A stretch of DNA of 64,000 nt from Arenicellales bacterium (lineage in GTDB: Bacteria; Pseudomonadota; Gammaproteobacteria; Arenicellales; CBDCFT01), in contig OZ244198.1 in the NCBI GenBank assembly GCA_965216735.1, positions 4,725,628 to 4,789,627 on the forward strand, in the 5' to 3' direction. Below the pieces are notes generated by a model. The model was not told the origin of the DNA and did no database searches. It saw nothing but the letters and a program-made list of their open reading frames with translations. Every line of letters starts with the position of its first letter. The stretch's first letter is position 1. Both the position numbers and the translations under genes were made by a program. Shown one piece after another: positions 9,275 through 19,422 of this stretch.

Positions 9275-10213
9275 TTAGTTGGTTCCCTCAGTCGGTAGTT
9301 GTGGGACAGTTTGGCCACCTTGCAAACGTTCGCCCTCGGTTAATACAAACTCCTTAAATGCTTGGGCGGTGGCAGAAAGTCTCCGGCCGCGGCGATGAGC
9401 GACGTACCAATGACGCATGATGGGGAACGACTCGATATCCAGTTGAACAATATTGTCAACGGATAGTTCAAGTTCAACCGTATGCTTGGAGACGATCGCC
9501 AGACCCAGCCCGGCTTCGACACTTTGTTTTATCGCCTCATTACTGGTCATTTCCACACTGCTGGATGGCTGAATGGCATGATCGACAAAAAAACGCTCGA
9601 TGGCGATGCGGGTGCCGGAGCCGGGTTCACGCATGATGATGGTTTCGTTGTCCAGGGTATGCAGCGGAATATTTTCTTCGCCAGCTAGTGGATGATGCGG
9701 TGCCGCGATAACAATCAGTGGGTTTTCCATGAACGCCTCTGCTGCCACATCGAGGTCGGCGGGAGGACGCCCCATTAGTACGATGTCGGGTTCGTTGTCT
9801 TCCAGTTGCCGCAACAAGGACTCACGATTGGTCACATCCAGGATAACCCGAATGTTGGGATGATCCTGACAAAACTGCGACAACAATTTGGCTGCGAAAT
9901 AATTCACCGTTGACGCAATAGTGACTCTAAGTCTGCCGCTATTAATGCCACGTAAGGCATCGATTTCCTTTTCGGCGGACGACAATTGGCTTATGATTTG
10001 ATGGGTATGGCTCAGTAACACTTCACCGGCTTCTGTTACATGCACCTTTTTACCCAGGATTTCGAATAGCGGAATACCGACGGCCGCCTCTAATTGTTTG
10101 ATTTGCATAGAGACAGCGGGTTGGGTTAGATGTAGTTCCTCCGCTGCACGGGTAAAACTCAGGTTGCGAGCAACCGCATCGAATATCTTGAGCTGGCGGA
10201 TGGTAATGTGCAT
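9275..10213 (-). CDS. LysR-family transcriptional regulator (CbbR-like N-terminus)
   Basis: MHITIRQLKIFDAVARNLSFTRAAEELHLTQPAVSMQIKQLE is a canonical LysR HTH; 312 aa. Confidence 0.85.
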   Translation of the reverse strand: MHITIRQLKIFDAVARNLSFTRAAEELHLTQPAVSMQIKQLEAAVGIPLFEILGKKVHVTEAGEVLLSHTHQIISQLSSAEKEIDALRGINSGRLRVTIASTVNYFAAKLLSQFCQDHPNIRVILDVTNRESLLRQLEDNEPDIVLMGRPPADLDVAAEAFMENPLIVIAAPHHPLAGEENIPLHTLDNETIIMREPGSGTRIAIERFFVDHAIQPSSSVEMTSNEAIKQSVEAGLGLAIVSKHTVELELSVDNIVQLDIESFPIMRHWYVAHRRGRRLSATAQAFKEFVLTEGERLQGGQTVPQLPTEGTN

Positions 10214-10472
10214 TGTCTGATTTTAGCCAAAGCTTTAATAGTGCCAACGCACTAATATCAATAAAAGACTCGTACGTAAACCTTGGCCGGTATGCCGTCA
10301 AACCCGACGGCGATTGTATTCAGCTTGAAACCACCCGGATGGTGACTCTCGATGGCGGGATTATTAGGGAAGAGGCAAGCTTTCACCGCTACTTGCGGCG
10401 GCGTAGGCATGAATATATCTAAAAATGCTCCTAAGCGCGCTGATCGGGGAACATGCGCGGGTTGCTTAGCAA

Positions 10473-10754
10473 TTATGCGAAGGCGAATCGGCCAAACAGG
10501 GGCTCGATTTCTTCGACTTCTTTGGTATCGAGAAAGAATTCGGTTCTAGCTTCCGCACGGATTTGGCCCGCATCGTCTTCCACCAGAGTAAACTCTCTCA
10601 CAGGCAGGCCGCAAATTCCTTGCAATTTCTCATGTAAGGTTTCCGCGCCGGCCAGTGCCGCCGGGCTGGTGTTGAGCATGGACAATTGACCATAGTTGAG
10701 ACCGATAATCTTTGGTCCTTGACCGGTCATGATTTCAAAAAGTTTAGTATTCAT
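10473..10754 (-). CDS. hypothetical protein (~93 aa)
   Basis: ORF track 10473..10763. I prefer the internal ATG (MNTKLF...) because AGGTGA lies 5 nt upstream. No motif recognised. Confidence 0.4.
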   Translation of the reverse strand: MNTKLFEIMTGQGPKIIGLNYGQLSMLNTSPAALAGAETLHEKLQGICGLPVREFTLVEDDAGQIRAEARTEFFLDTKEVEEIEPLFGRFAFA

Positions 10755-10812
10755 TAGAGTCACCTAGTATTTCGCGTCTTATAGCATTTTTTCATAACTA
10801 TGCTTAACAAAC

Positions 10813-10828
10813 TGTGAACTTCGTCACA
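10813..10828. promoter_or_regulatory. CRP-like palindrome TGTGA-ACTTCG-TCACA in a divergent intergenic region
   Basis: Both half-sites are perfect. It lies between the minus gene ending at 10754 and the M23 peptidase gene starting at 10893. Confidence 0.5.
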
Positions 10829-10892
10829 AAAATTTACTTTTAACAATAGATTGCATTCCACTTTGATTTTTGACTAATGTGTTACAAACATC

Positions 10893-11723
10893 ATGACTCG
10901 TTCAAGACCAAAAGTAGTGTTCCTCCTGTCGATAGTTACGTGGTTTATGCCAGTGGCCATGGCGAACACGATAGAGTTGCAGGGGGAGTTGAAGCAAGGC
11001 GCTTTGGTGCGGGGTGTGGTGCCGCCCGGTTCCATCGTACAACACGACGGTGAGAAAGTCAGAGTTTCGCCGGCTGGCGTTTTCCTGCTCGGCTTTCACC
11101 GTGACGCGAAGCTATCGTCGACGTTGATGGTTCGGTTTCCCAATGGAACGGAGCAGAGGCGGTCACTAACTGTTGCAGCACGACAATACAAAATCGAGCG
11201 CATTGACGGACTTGCGCCGGAAAAAGTGACGCCGCCGCCAGAGGTATTGGAGCGCATTGCACGCGAAGTAGCCTTGGTTAAACAAGCACGGCTGCGGAAC
11301 GACCCACGCACTGACTTTTTGACTGGGTTCGAGTGGCCGTTGGTTGGGCGTATCAGTGGTGTCTACGGTAGCCAACGGGTGTTGAATGGCGAACCCAAAC
11401 GCCCGCATTTCGGAATCGATATTGCCGCGCCGGCCGGTTCGCCGGTTACCGCGCCAGCGGACGGTGTGGTCACGCTGGCGCATCCGGACATGTATTATTC
11501 GGGAGCAACCTTAATCATCGATCACGGTCATGGGTTATCATCCGCCTTCCTGCATTTGCAACGCATTACTGTTGAGCCGGGTGAACGTGTGCGTCAGGGG
11601 CAAAAAATCGCCGAGGTGGGGTCAAGCGGTCGTAGCACGGGGCCGCATCTCGACTGGCGAATCAATTTGTTCGAAAAACGCTTAGACCCGGCACTTGTGG
11701 CAGGACCCATGCCTGAGAGCTAG
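10893..11723 (+). CDS. M23-family metallopeptidase (murein endopeptidase-like), secreted
   Basis: HFGIDIAAPAGSPVTAPADGVV ... DHGHGLSSAFLHL ... GSSGRSTGPHLDW are the M23 motifs. The N-terminus is a hydrophobic signal. Confidence 0.85.
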   Translation: MTRSRPKVVFLLSIVTWFMPVAMANTIELQGELKQGALVRGVVPPGSIVQHDGEKVRVSPAGVFLLGFHRDAKLSSTLMVRFPNGTEQRRSLTVAARQYKIERIDGLAPEKVTPPPEVLERIAREVALVKQARLRNDPRTDFLTGFEWPLVGRISGVYGSQRVLNGEPKRPHFGIDIAAPAGSPVTAPADGVVTLAHPDMYYSGATLIIDHGHGLSSAFLHLQRITVEPGERVRQGQKIAEVGSSGRSTGPHLDWRINLFEKRLDPALVAGPMPES

Positions 11724-11768
11724 CGATGATCGCTGGTATTGTTACCTTATTGTGAGATGAACAATTAA

Positions 11769-12314
11769 ATGAGAGAGGCTGAAAATAAAAACGGCTTGGT
11801 TATCGGCATCGTTTCCATGGCAACGGTGGTGACGGTATCCAATGTATTGGTGTCCTACACCATTAACGATTGGTTAACCTGGGCGGCTTTCACCTATCCC
11901 ATCTCGTTTTTAGTGACGGATCTAACCAATCGCAAGCTCGGTGTCGGCCCGGCACGCAAAGTCGTTTATGTTGGTTTTGCCCTGGCCGTGTTGTTATCGA
12001 TTTACTTTGCAGGCTGGCGTATTGCCGCCGCCTCCGGCAGCGCGTTCCTGATCGCGCAACTTTTGGATGTACAAATATTCGACCGTTTGCGTAAGGGTGT
12101 ATGGTGGCGCGCACCACTGGTATCCTCTTCTGTCGCATCGGCGGTGGATACAGTATTATTTTTTGGTATTGCCTTCATGGGCACCGGCGTGCCTTGGGTG
12201 ACGCTGGCCACCGGTGACTACCTGGTGAAACTCGCCATGGCGTTGACCATGTTGATTCCATTTCGAATGTTGTTATCCTGGATAAGACCCGCCGAGCCTT
12301 CGGCTTTCAGTTAA
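11769..12314 (+). CDS. yhhQ: queuosine-precursor transporter / VUT family (YhhQ-like)
   Basis: Polytopic membrane protein. TYPISFLVTDLTNRKLG resembles the conserved YhhQ N-terminal motif. Confidence 0.65.
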   Translation: MREAENKNGLVIGIVSMATVVTVSNVLVSYTINDWLTWAAFTYPISFLVTDLTNRKLGVGPARKVVYVGFALAVLLSIYFAGWRIAAASGSAFLIAQLLDVQIFDRLRKGVWWRAPLVSSSVASAVDTVLFFGIAFMGTGVPWVTLATGDYLVKLAMALTMLIPFRMLLSWIRPAEPSAFS

Positions 12315-12334
12315 TTTTTTGAGAGATAAACAAT

Positions 12335-13354
12335 ATGGCGACTCAAGCTGCGGAAATTGTGAAATCTGCGCCCTTTGGAACAGTATTCACGAAAAAAATG
12401 GTGGTTAGCCATTACGGGAAAGGTGCCTGGAGTTCGTATTCAATCGAGAAAACTAAACCGTTTTCGCTGCACCCGGGGGCGCATGTTTTTCATTATGCCA
12501 GCACCTGTTTCGAGGGGCTCAAAGCGTATCGGCGTGACGACGGTGGCGTGCATATTTTTCGTCTGGATTCTCATGTTGAACGTATGCAACAAAGTGCGCG
12601 ATTGGTAGAGCTGCCGAAACCTGAAGGCGATATGTTGCGCAGCATGATTCTTGATGGTGTGCGAGCTTGTCGTCAGGAAATTCCGGACTATCCGGGTGCC
12701 TTGTATATTCGCCCGACCTTGATTGGCACCCAGGTCAATGTCGGTGCCGCCGCCACCGCCACCACTGACGCGACCTTGTTTGTATTGTTTTCCCCGGTGG
12801 GTGATTACTTTCAGGGTGGTCAACGGCCTCTACGCATCTTGGTGGAAGATCAAGTTTTGCGTTCGACACCGGAGTTCGGCATGGCCAAAACCGGTGGCAA
12901 CTACGCGGCGGCATTACGGCATATCAGCCACGCAAAAAAAGAATACAACGCCGATCAAGTATTATTCTGCCCGGGTGGTGATGTACAGGAAACCGGCGCG
13001 GCCAATTTCTTGCTCATCAATGACCATGAAATTCTAACCAAAAAACTAGATGGTTCGTTTTTACATGGCATCACGCGTGAATCGACACTGACCATCGCGC
13101 CCGAATTGGACTACAAAGTCAGTGAGCGGGATTTTACCGTTGATGAAATGCTGCATTGGATTGAGTCCGGCGAAGCTGCATTATCCGGTACTGCGGCAGT
13201 ATTAGCGGGTATCGGCACCTTGATCTACAAAGACCGCGAGTACCGAGTCGGTGACGGCGGGATTGGCGCCAACACCGAGAAGCTGCGTTCCGTACTGACC
13301 GACTTACAAAGCGGCGTGGTAAAAGACAATCACGGCTGGTTGACCGAGGTGTAA
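12335..13354 (+). CDS. ilvE: branched-chain amino acid aminotransferase (fold type IV)
   Basis: 339 aa. HYASTCFEGLKAYR, YIRP and GMAKTGGNYAA patterns are typical of BCATs. Confidence 0.8.
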   Translation: MATQAAEIVKSAPFGTVFTKKMVVSHYGKGAWSSYSIEKTKPFSLHPGAHVFHYASTCFEGLKAYRRDDGGVHIFRLDSHVERMQQSARLVELPKPEGDMLRSMILDGVRACRQEIPDYPGALYIRPTLIGTQVNVGAAATATTDATLFVLFSPVGDYFQGGQRPLRILVEDQVLRSTPEFGMAKTGGNYAAALRHISHAKKEYNADQVLFCPGGDVQETGAANFLLINDHEILTKKLDGSFLHGITRESTLTIAPELDYKVSERDFTVDEMLHWIESGEAALSGTAAVLAGIGTLIYKDREYRVGDGGIGANTEKLRSVLTDLQSGVVKDNHGWLTEV

Positions 13355-13755
13355 ATCCCACCCGGCTATTTTCTATTACAGAAATCATCGTACCGGGCTA
13401 TTTTCCGCTTTTATAAATTACTGATACGCTCCATCAGGAATGTCAGACAAGTACCTGGATTCAGTATCCCGGTCGAGGTGCGACACGATGAACATCGAAT
13501 GAACAAGGTTTTATATCCACGGTGGTATGAAGACTAAGCGGTAAAGAATAGTGCTCTTTGATGAACGTTGCCGGCAAACGCTAAGGTCAACGGCAGAACT
13601 ATCAAATCACGGTATTGAAACTGATGCCGGTCAGTTCGTGCGATTGATAACAACAAGTCTGTCTCTTCAGTGATGAATTATGATGGTGGAATGGGGTCAA
13701 AAGAACCAGGCACATGTTGAACCTGGATCTGAATTGGTTGAAAAAGCAATATTTG

Positions 13756-14235
13756 ATGCGACGACATGTCTATACAGGTCTTCTGCCATGGTGGTCCGGG
13801 GTTGTTTTGTGTGCTTTGAGTAGCTATTGCAGCGCCGACAATATGGAATCGAAAGTCGAAGCTCATCGTCTGTTGACAGAACGATTTCAAGCATGGGAAA
13901 TGGGGCAGGATTCGGATTACCTCGTCGACGGCTATGCTGAAATCGTTGTTTTACTCACGGATTTCGATTCACCGTTACCGAAGGTGACCCATCAAGTGCA
14001 ATACCGGGAGGAAATACATCGACGTCAGCGAATATTGACTATGGCTATGCCCAGCGACAGTTACCGACGTGTGACTACATTATCTTCATCGCCTCGACTA
14101 ATTATGTATATCAATCATGAAGGATTAGATTATTTGTACGCGGATAGACGTGTCGATCTATGGGTTCCGAGTAAATGGTCTATGCCGCCGGTTAATTGGT
14201 CTGTATCGCATAGCAAAGCGGCGACATACGAATAA
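13756..14235 (+). CDS. hypothetical secreted protein
   Basis: Within ORF 13714..14235. MRRHVYTGLLPWWSGVVLCALSSYCSADN looks like a signal peptide. The start is uncertain. Confidence 0.4.
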   Translation: MRRHVYTGLLPWWSGVVLCALSSYCSADNMESKVEAHRLLTERFQAWEMGQDSDYLVDGYAEIVVLLTDFDSPLPKVTHQVQYREEIHRRQRILTMAMPSDSYRRVTTLSSSPRLIMYINHEGLDYLYADRRVDLWVPSKWSMPPVNWSVSHSKAATYE

Positions 14236-14704
14236 TGCGTAACTTTATGTCAGGAACATTGTTTAAATGAGTACACAAACACCATTTAGTAATGTCGGCT
14301 TGTATCGATGGTGTGTGCAAATGCACCCTGGTGCGCGAGAGTGCCAAGCTCTGAATACAATATTTGCAATACTATGCCCCTTTTTGATGACAATCCATTA
14401 AAGGGCGATATAGAAACGGTTAAGTTCTTTGTGTTAATGTGTTTCCAACCCCTCCGGAGCCTACAGTTTGTTCGCCAGCGGCTACAACCATAATTTCTTC
14501 CTGTGGCCCAACCTTATTAGAGCACACTGAGGTATCGGTTCGAAAAAGTCACGAATCTCGTCGATTAGACAACGCTAACCGCAGCCCTGGCAGGTCGAAC
14601 GCGCCCGCAAAACCACGTCTGAGTCACCGCATTAAGCGAGGTCTGGAAACGACGTGATTTCGTGTGATTGATGCAAAGGTACCGTATCCAACAAAACCAT
14701 AACT

Positions 14705-14743
14705 TGTGAAGTAGATCACAGTTTGTGTGTGAACTAGTTCACA
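14705..14743. promoter_or_regulatory. tandem pair of perfect CRP-like palindromes (TGTGA-AGTAGA-TCACA and TGTGA-ACTAGT-TCACA), 23 bp centre to centre
   Basis: Read directly at 14705-14720 and 14728-14743. TAGACT at 14765-14770 sits at class II spacing from the second site. The pair lies in a ~700-bp gap with no convincing gene. Confidence 0.55.
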
Positions 14744-14946
14744 TATTTAATAATTTCGAACGAGTAGACTGCAAACCTCTCTGGGGTATGTTAGGGGGGG
14801 ATGCGGCTGAGTTCCCAAATACACCCGGCTCGGCGCGCATCTTTTCTAGCACGTCGGTGCCGCGAATTTAGTTCCGACGCCTTATCTTCCCGTCATTTCT
14901 GTTCGCCTTGAAAAACACATTGTTTAAGGCGTGAGACGTGAATTTA

Positions 14947-15285
14947 CTAAAACAACGTCCACTCTGAAGTTGGGGTTTGTTTAGTAAAAAAGAATGTACG
15001 TTTTCGATCACGGTCAATAACGATGCAACTAAGCCGTAGCGGATAGGTAACATTGTTTCTTTGCGAGAATTCAATTTCGTCGCTCGTGAACTCAAGCGAT
15101 TTATCTTCGCCCGCTCCCAGTCCTGGAAGTAACCCGTCTTCTTTTGATTCCATACATTTGTGTAACATGCTTAACAATTCCTTGCCGTAAGGACTTTTCT
15201 CAAATTTTGTTTCCATTATCGAACAGCCGGTTATACTAAACACGAAAGTGACTAGTATAAGATTGAAATTTGATAGCTGTTTCAC
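14947..15285 (-). CDS. hypothetical lipoprotein
   Basis: MKQLSNFNLILVTFVFSITGC contains a lipobox (ITGC). Confidence 0.5.
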   Translation of the reverse strand: MKQLSNFNLILVTFVFSITGCSIMETKFEKSPYGKELLSMLHKCMESKEDGLLPGLGAGEDKSLEFTSDEIEFSQRNNVTYPLRLSCIVIDRDRKRTFFFTKQTPTSEWTLF

Positions 15286-15362
15286 AGTTTATCTCCAACG
15301 CCCAAAATTAGAAAATTCATTAGAGGCGAGGCGTATTTGCCTCTGACGAATTAAGAGAAATA

Positions 15363-15827
15363 TTACAAACACTTGGCATGACCTATCTTGCGTCTCCGTT
15401 CCTCACGAAGATCGCGCAAACTATCCGGCAAATTCTTATCGATGTCCGCATCGCCCGGATAGCCATTGTTAATTAAGTGTGGATACAGAGTCTTTACTAT
15501 CTGATGTTTACCCTGATCTTCTAAGATAACCGCGTGCGTAAAGTAAGCCAGCATACGGGTCAACCGTCGAGAAGATGTTTTCATCGGCGTCAGGTTGGCC
15601 ATGGCCAAATCATGATGACAATTGATGATTTGTTCTGTCATTCTCTTGGATTCTTTCGCGTCTTTCCCTAACATCAGAGAAACACAACCACCAAGCGGTG
15701 CCAATAGAATACTGACTATCAAAACCGTACGAATACAGAGGCGATGTTGTTTTGGTTTCACCGTTGATCTCCCAAATTGTGTGCGCACAACACCTTTTCT
15801 GAAAACTTTCTTCAATTCAACTGACAA
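15363..15827 (-). CDS. hypothetical protein, possible lipoprotein
   Basis: Internal LLAPLGGC lipobox-like signal. The start is uncertain. Confidence 0.4.
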   Translation of the reverse strand: MSVELKKVFRKGVVRTQFGRSTVKPKQHRLCIRTVLIVSILLAPLGGCVSLMLGKDAKESKRMTEQIINCHHDLAMANLTPMKTSSRRLTRMLAYFTHAVILEDQGKHQIVKTLYPHLINNGYPGDADIDKNLPDSLRDLREERRRKIGHAKCL

Positions 15828-15843
15828 TTTCTATCTAAAAAGA

Positions 15844-16224
15844 TCAACCCACCACTTGATGACCACGTTGACGCATGCACTCAACGACGATCTGTTTGCG
15901 CTCATCTCGTGTTTCCCAGGCCCTTGCGCCACTACTTAGAACGCTACCTGCTATTGCCGCACCCACGGCGCCCTCCAAGCCATCGTCGATAGCGCCGAGC
16001 ACGGCTCCCGTAACAGCACCAGCGATCGCTTCGCTTTTTACATCACCATTGGCGAATCGGCGTTCGGTCGCCAGTGACTGACAGGCACCGAGATCAGATG
16101 TGTACTGGTCACCCATTTCACCATCGACGATGGGCTCGTATTTGGCCCCACTGTGCGCGCAACCCAAAGTGAGACTTAAATTGGTGAGAATAATTGCAAG
16201 TTTAAGTTTTGTTGCATGTTTCAT
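15844..16224 (-). CDS. glycine-zipper outer-membrane lipoprotein
   Basis: MKHATKLKLAIILTNLSLTLGC lipobox. AIAGAVTGAVLGAIDDGLEGAVGAAIAGSV is a glycine-zipper repeat. Confidence 0.6.
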   Translation of the reverse strand: MKHATKLKLAIILTNLSLTLGCAHSGAKYEPIVDGEMGDQYTSDLGACQSLATERRFANGDVKSEAIAGAVTGAVLGAIDDGLEGAVGAAIAGSVLSSGARAWETRDERKQIVVECMRQRGHQVVG

Positions 16225-16235
16225 TTAGACAACTC

Positions 16236-16295
16236 CTAAAAGGTCTTGGATAGTGTTAAAGAAAACTAAAAAGTCTTGGATAGTGTTAAAGAAAA
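16236..16295. repeat. 30-bp perfect-but-one tandem duplication (2 copies)
   Basis: ctaaaaGgtcttggatagtgttaaagaaaa followed by ctaaaaAgtcttggatagtgttaaagaaaa, in the intergenic region between the OMP and lipoprotein genes. Confidence 0.9.
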
Positions 16296-16316
16296 GCCCA
16301 GGAATGAATAACACGT

Positions 16317-17063
16317 TCAGAACGAGTAAGCTAAACCGATAAAAATTCGGTGATCGTCCAAATCGTAATCGGTCTTTTCGCCGTCATTTTTGTCGTTGTT
16401 GTATTCGGGTCCAATAAAATAGGTCGTGAAGTTATACTCCGCACGCACTGACCATCGTTCAAAAAGTGGAATGGCGACACCCGCACCAACGACACCACCA
16501 ATCCAGTCGTGCACGGAGCCAGAAAACCCTTCAGTCGGATTGCCGGCCGAATCGATGGCAGTCACAGTGAGCGTGCTTACTTCAATGTCGGTATACGCGA
16601 GGCCAGCTCTTCCATAAACCAGCCAATCATTGGGAAGTTGCTTTCCAAACAAACCAGATACTTGTAACTTCCAGCCATTTGTTACGTGGAAGAACTTGTT
16701 ATCGCCTTCCGGTTTGGCCAGAAACGAATCGTCAATGTCATCTTTGAATTTTTGCGCATCGATCTCGACCCCTAAAAATTGGGACCCACGGTACCAACCA
16801 TGGCCTGCGAATCCCCCCCAAGTGGCTTTACTATAGTCAAGATCGATTCCATCCTTGCGATATCGAAATGGTGCGACGTCCTCGTGATGTCCCTTTAGAT
16901 CCAAATTGATATGTCCGGCTTCGATGCCGGTATACCAACCTTGCATTGGGCGATATGTTGTGCTGTCATCCGCCTGAGTTACGGGATGGATCGCACCTAA
17001 TCCGACGACGAGCGTTAATACAATAGGACTTGTTTTCCGGTACAGCCCAAAAGAGATTGACAT
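16317..17063 (-). CDS. outer-membrane beta-barrel protein (OmpA-like/porin-family barrel)
   Basis: Signal peptide, alternating aromatic/Gly beta-strand pattern, and a C-terminal ...GLAYSF with terminal Phe. Confidence 0.65.
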   Translation of the reverse strand: MSISFGLYRKTSPIVLTLVVGLGAIHPVTQADDSTTYRPMQGWYTGIEAGHINLDLKGHHEDVAPFRYRKDGIDLDYSKATWGGFAGHGWYRGSQFLGVEIDAQKFKDDIDDSFLAKPEGDNKFFHVTNGWKLQVSGLFGKQLPNDWLVYGRAGLAYTDIEVSTLTVTAIDSAGNPTEGFSGSVHDWIGGVVGAGVAIPLFERWSVRAEYNFTTYFIGPEYNNDKNDGEKTDYDLDDHRIFIGLAYSF

Positions 17064-17181
17064 TAATTTAGATACTCCCGTGTTTGTTGAAAACCGGGTG
17101 TATCATCCAACAGTGTCCAATGCGTATTCCATTTAGTTTTTGTAGAGATGTGTAAGCGATTGTCAGTTACCTGAACCAAAA

Positions 17182-17892
17182 GTGAACACATCTTCCGAAA
17201 CACGCTCGACACGGCTCTTGCTGGTCGAAGATGATGCAGAGCTTGCGAAAATGATCTCCGATTTTCTCAGCGATGAAGGATTTGAAGTGGGCTGGGTAGA
17301 TAATGGCAAAACCGCTGTTGAGAAAATCTGTTGCGACGTGCCTGATTTAGTGATTCTAGACGTTATGTTGCCGGAGCTTGACGGAATAGAGGTTTGCCGT
17401 TGTGTTAAAGACGAGTTTTCGAATCCTATTTTGATGTTGACAGCTAAAGATGACGAACTGACCGAAGTAACATCTTTAAATCGTGGAGCAATGGGATACC
17501 TCACAAAACCAGTGAGAGCGCATGTACTACTGGCCCACATTAAGGCGCTGTTAAGACATAAAAATTCCGCAATCCGACCACCGGCAAACGACACAATCAT
17601 TGTCCAAGATCTCATACTGAGTAAAAGAGCTTATGAAGTGACATTGGGTAATGAACGATTGGATCTGACGTCGGCCGAGTTTCAATTATTAGCCTTGTTA
17701 GCAGAAAATGCCGGGCGGATTATTTCCCGAGATACCCTCTATAAAGAGTTGCGGGGAATCGAATATGATGGGATAGACCGTTCCATTGATATGCGTGTGT
17801 CATCATTACGAGAAAAAATGAACGATGAAACACCCCCTTATCGGTACATTAAAACGATAAGAGGGAAAGGATATCTACTCGCGTCAACGTAG
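17182..17892 (+). CDS. OmpR-family response regulator
   Basis: REC domain (LLLVEDD ... LVILDVMLPELDG ... LTAK) followed by a winged-helix C-terminus (...IKTIRGKGYLL). Confidence 0.9.
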   Translation: MNTSSETRSTRLLLVEDDAELAKMISDFLSDEGFEVGWVDNGKTAVEKICCDVPDLVILDVMLPELDGIEVCRCVKDEFSNPILMLTAKDDELTEVTSLNRGAMGYLTKPVRAHVLLAHIKALLRHKNSAIRPPANDTIIVQDLILSKRAYEVTLGNERLDLTSAEFQLLALLAENAGRIISRDTLYKELRGIEYDGIDRSIDMRVSSLREKMNDETPPYRYIKTIRGKGYLLAST

Positions 17893-17986
17893 CGTTTTCC
17901 TGACAATTACTTACATAACCGAACAAATCTTACGTCGTTAAAGGACGACCGATTTGATATAACAGTGGTTGAATGAGCACCACGAC

Positions 17987-19258
17987 ATGAAATCCATATT
18001 TGCAAGAACCTACATTGTCATTGCGGTATTGATCTTTGTTTCCCTATTTGCAACGATCATTATCGTAGACAATTTATTTGAAACAACGGATAGTGAGATA
18101 TTCATTGATGGAGCAACCTTGGAAGCGAAATACATCGAAGCGGAACTCCGCTTTGTGCCGGAATCGACATGGAACACTTGGATAGAGGAATACCAATCTG
18201 ATCTCGGACACATCATTGAGTTGGTAACAGACGTCGGGGAAGACAAGGGTCAGGTCAATACAAAAGCAACTTTTTCCGGCATTCGGGCGGATTACTGGTC
18301 GATACGTTATCCCCTTGATGGTTATCACAAATCTTTAATTGTGAGTGAAAGCGACGGTTCGTTTGCTGATATCCCCACTGATGACTGGCTCGAAATACTA
18401 ATTCCCATAGGAACCATTTTTCTAATATTGGCATTTGGGATTCTATATCTGGCAAGAAGAATTACGAAACCAATAGGTGATTTAGTACAGGCCACTCAAG
18501 CATTTACGGATGGTAATCTCAATATTCGCGTTGCCGAAGATGTTTCCCACCCGGTGGACAATTTAGCGATTGGGTTTAATGAGATGGCGACACGACTTCA
18601 GGAGTTAGTGCGTGACCAACAAGTTCTGATCGGTGCGTTGCCGCACGAACTACGCAGTCCTTTGGGCCGTATTCGGTTTGCACTCGATACGTCACGCAAT
18701 TTGAACACAGTGGATGCATTGCGCGTACGCATCGAGAAAATCGATAGTTATGTGGATGAATTGTATGGCATCACCGAAGATGTCCTGACTTTGATTCAGT
18801 TGCAAAACGAAAAAGTGGTGCAATACCATCCAATTAACTTAAAAGCTCTACTAGAGGAGGTTTGTAGATATGAGGACTTTCGATCCATCGTTGATGTTTC
18901 TTATACAACGAACATCAGCCAACCTATTCATGGCAATACTGCTTTAATACGAAGAGCGTTAGCTAATCTTGTTGACAACGCTTGTCGTTATGCAAAAACC
19001 AAAGTAGAAATTCAAGCAAATCAAACTAATTCGCAAGTTCAGGTTACAGTTAGTGATGATGGTCCTGGAATTGAATCTGAATACCGTGACCAGGTATTTA
19101 CGCCATTCTCAAGAATCGATGAAAGCCGAAGTCGTAAGTCTGGTGGAGTGGGTTTAGGGTTGGCCTTAGTCGATATGATTATGAAAAAACACCAAGGCAG
19201 TACAACGGTAACTACTAGTCCATGGGGTGGTGCCCAATTTACACTGACTTGGAGTTAA
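17987..19258 (+). CDS. sensor histidine kinase (2 TM, HAMP, HisKA, HATPase_c)
   Basis: H-box LPHELRSPL, N-box LVDNACRYA, G-boxes DDGPGI and GGVGLGLA. An alternative TTG start exists at 17969. Confidence 0.85.
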   Translation: MKSIFARTYIVIAVLIFVSLFATIIIVDNLFETTDSEIFIDGATLEAKYIEAELRFVPESTWNTWIEEYQSDLGHIIELVTDVGEDKGQVNTKATFSGIRADYWSIRYPLDGYHKSLIVSESDGSFADIPTDDWLEILIPIGTIFLILAFGILYLARRITKPIGDLVQATQAFTDGNLNIRVAEDVSHPVDNLAIGFNEMATRLQELVRDQQVLIGALPHELRSPLGRIRFALDTSRNLNTVDALRVRIEKIDSYVDELYGITEDVLTLIQLQNEKVVQYHPINLKALLEEVCRYEDFRSIVDVSYTTNISQPIHGNTALIRRALANLVDNACRYAKTKVEIQANQTNSQVQVTVSDDGPGIESEYRDQVFTPFSRIDESRSRKSGGVGLGLALVDMIMKKHQGSTTVTTSPWGGAQFTLTWS

Positions 19259-19422
19259 GATGGTTCATCAAAAACAAGTTTATCAGTCCTATTCGACACT
19301 GTCGGGGGGGAAGTGAATTAAGCCTATAAATCACCCTTTACACCATACGCTGGTGTTTCTTGAACTAAATGATCATCGAAAGGTTGGCCCGGCGGTCGGA
19401 TAAGATACTCACCCGCTATGAT

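Noticed and set aside
9250-9318. Longer start for the FGE-domain protein (ORF track 6877..9318).
   Set aside because: It would overlap the LysR stop by 44 bp. The internal M at 9249 gives a canonical signal peptide.
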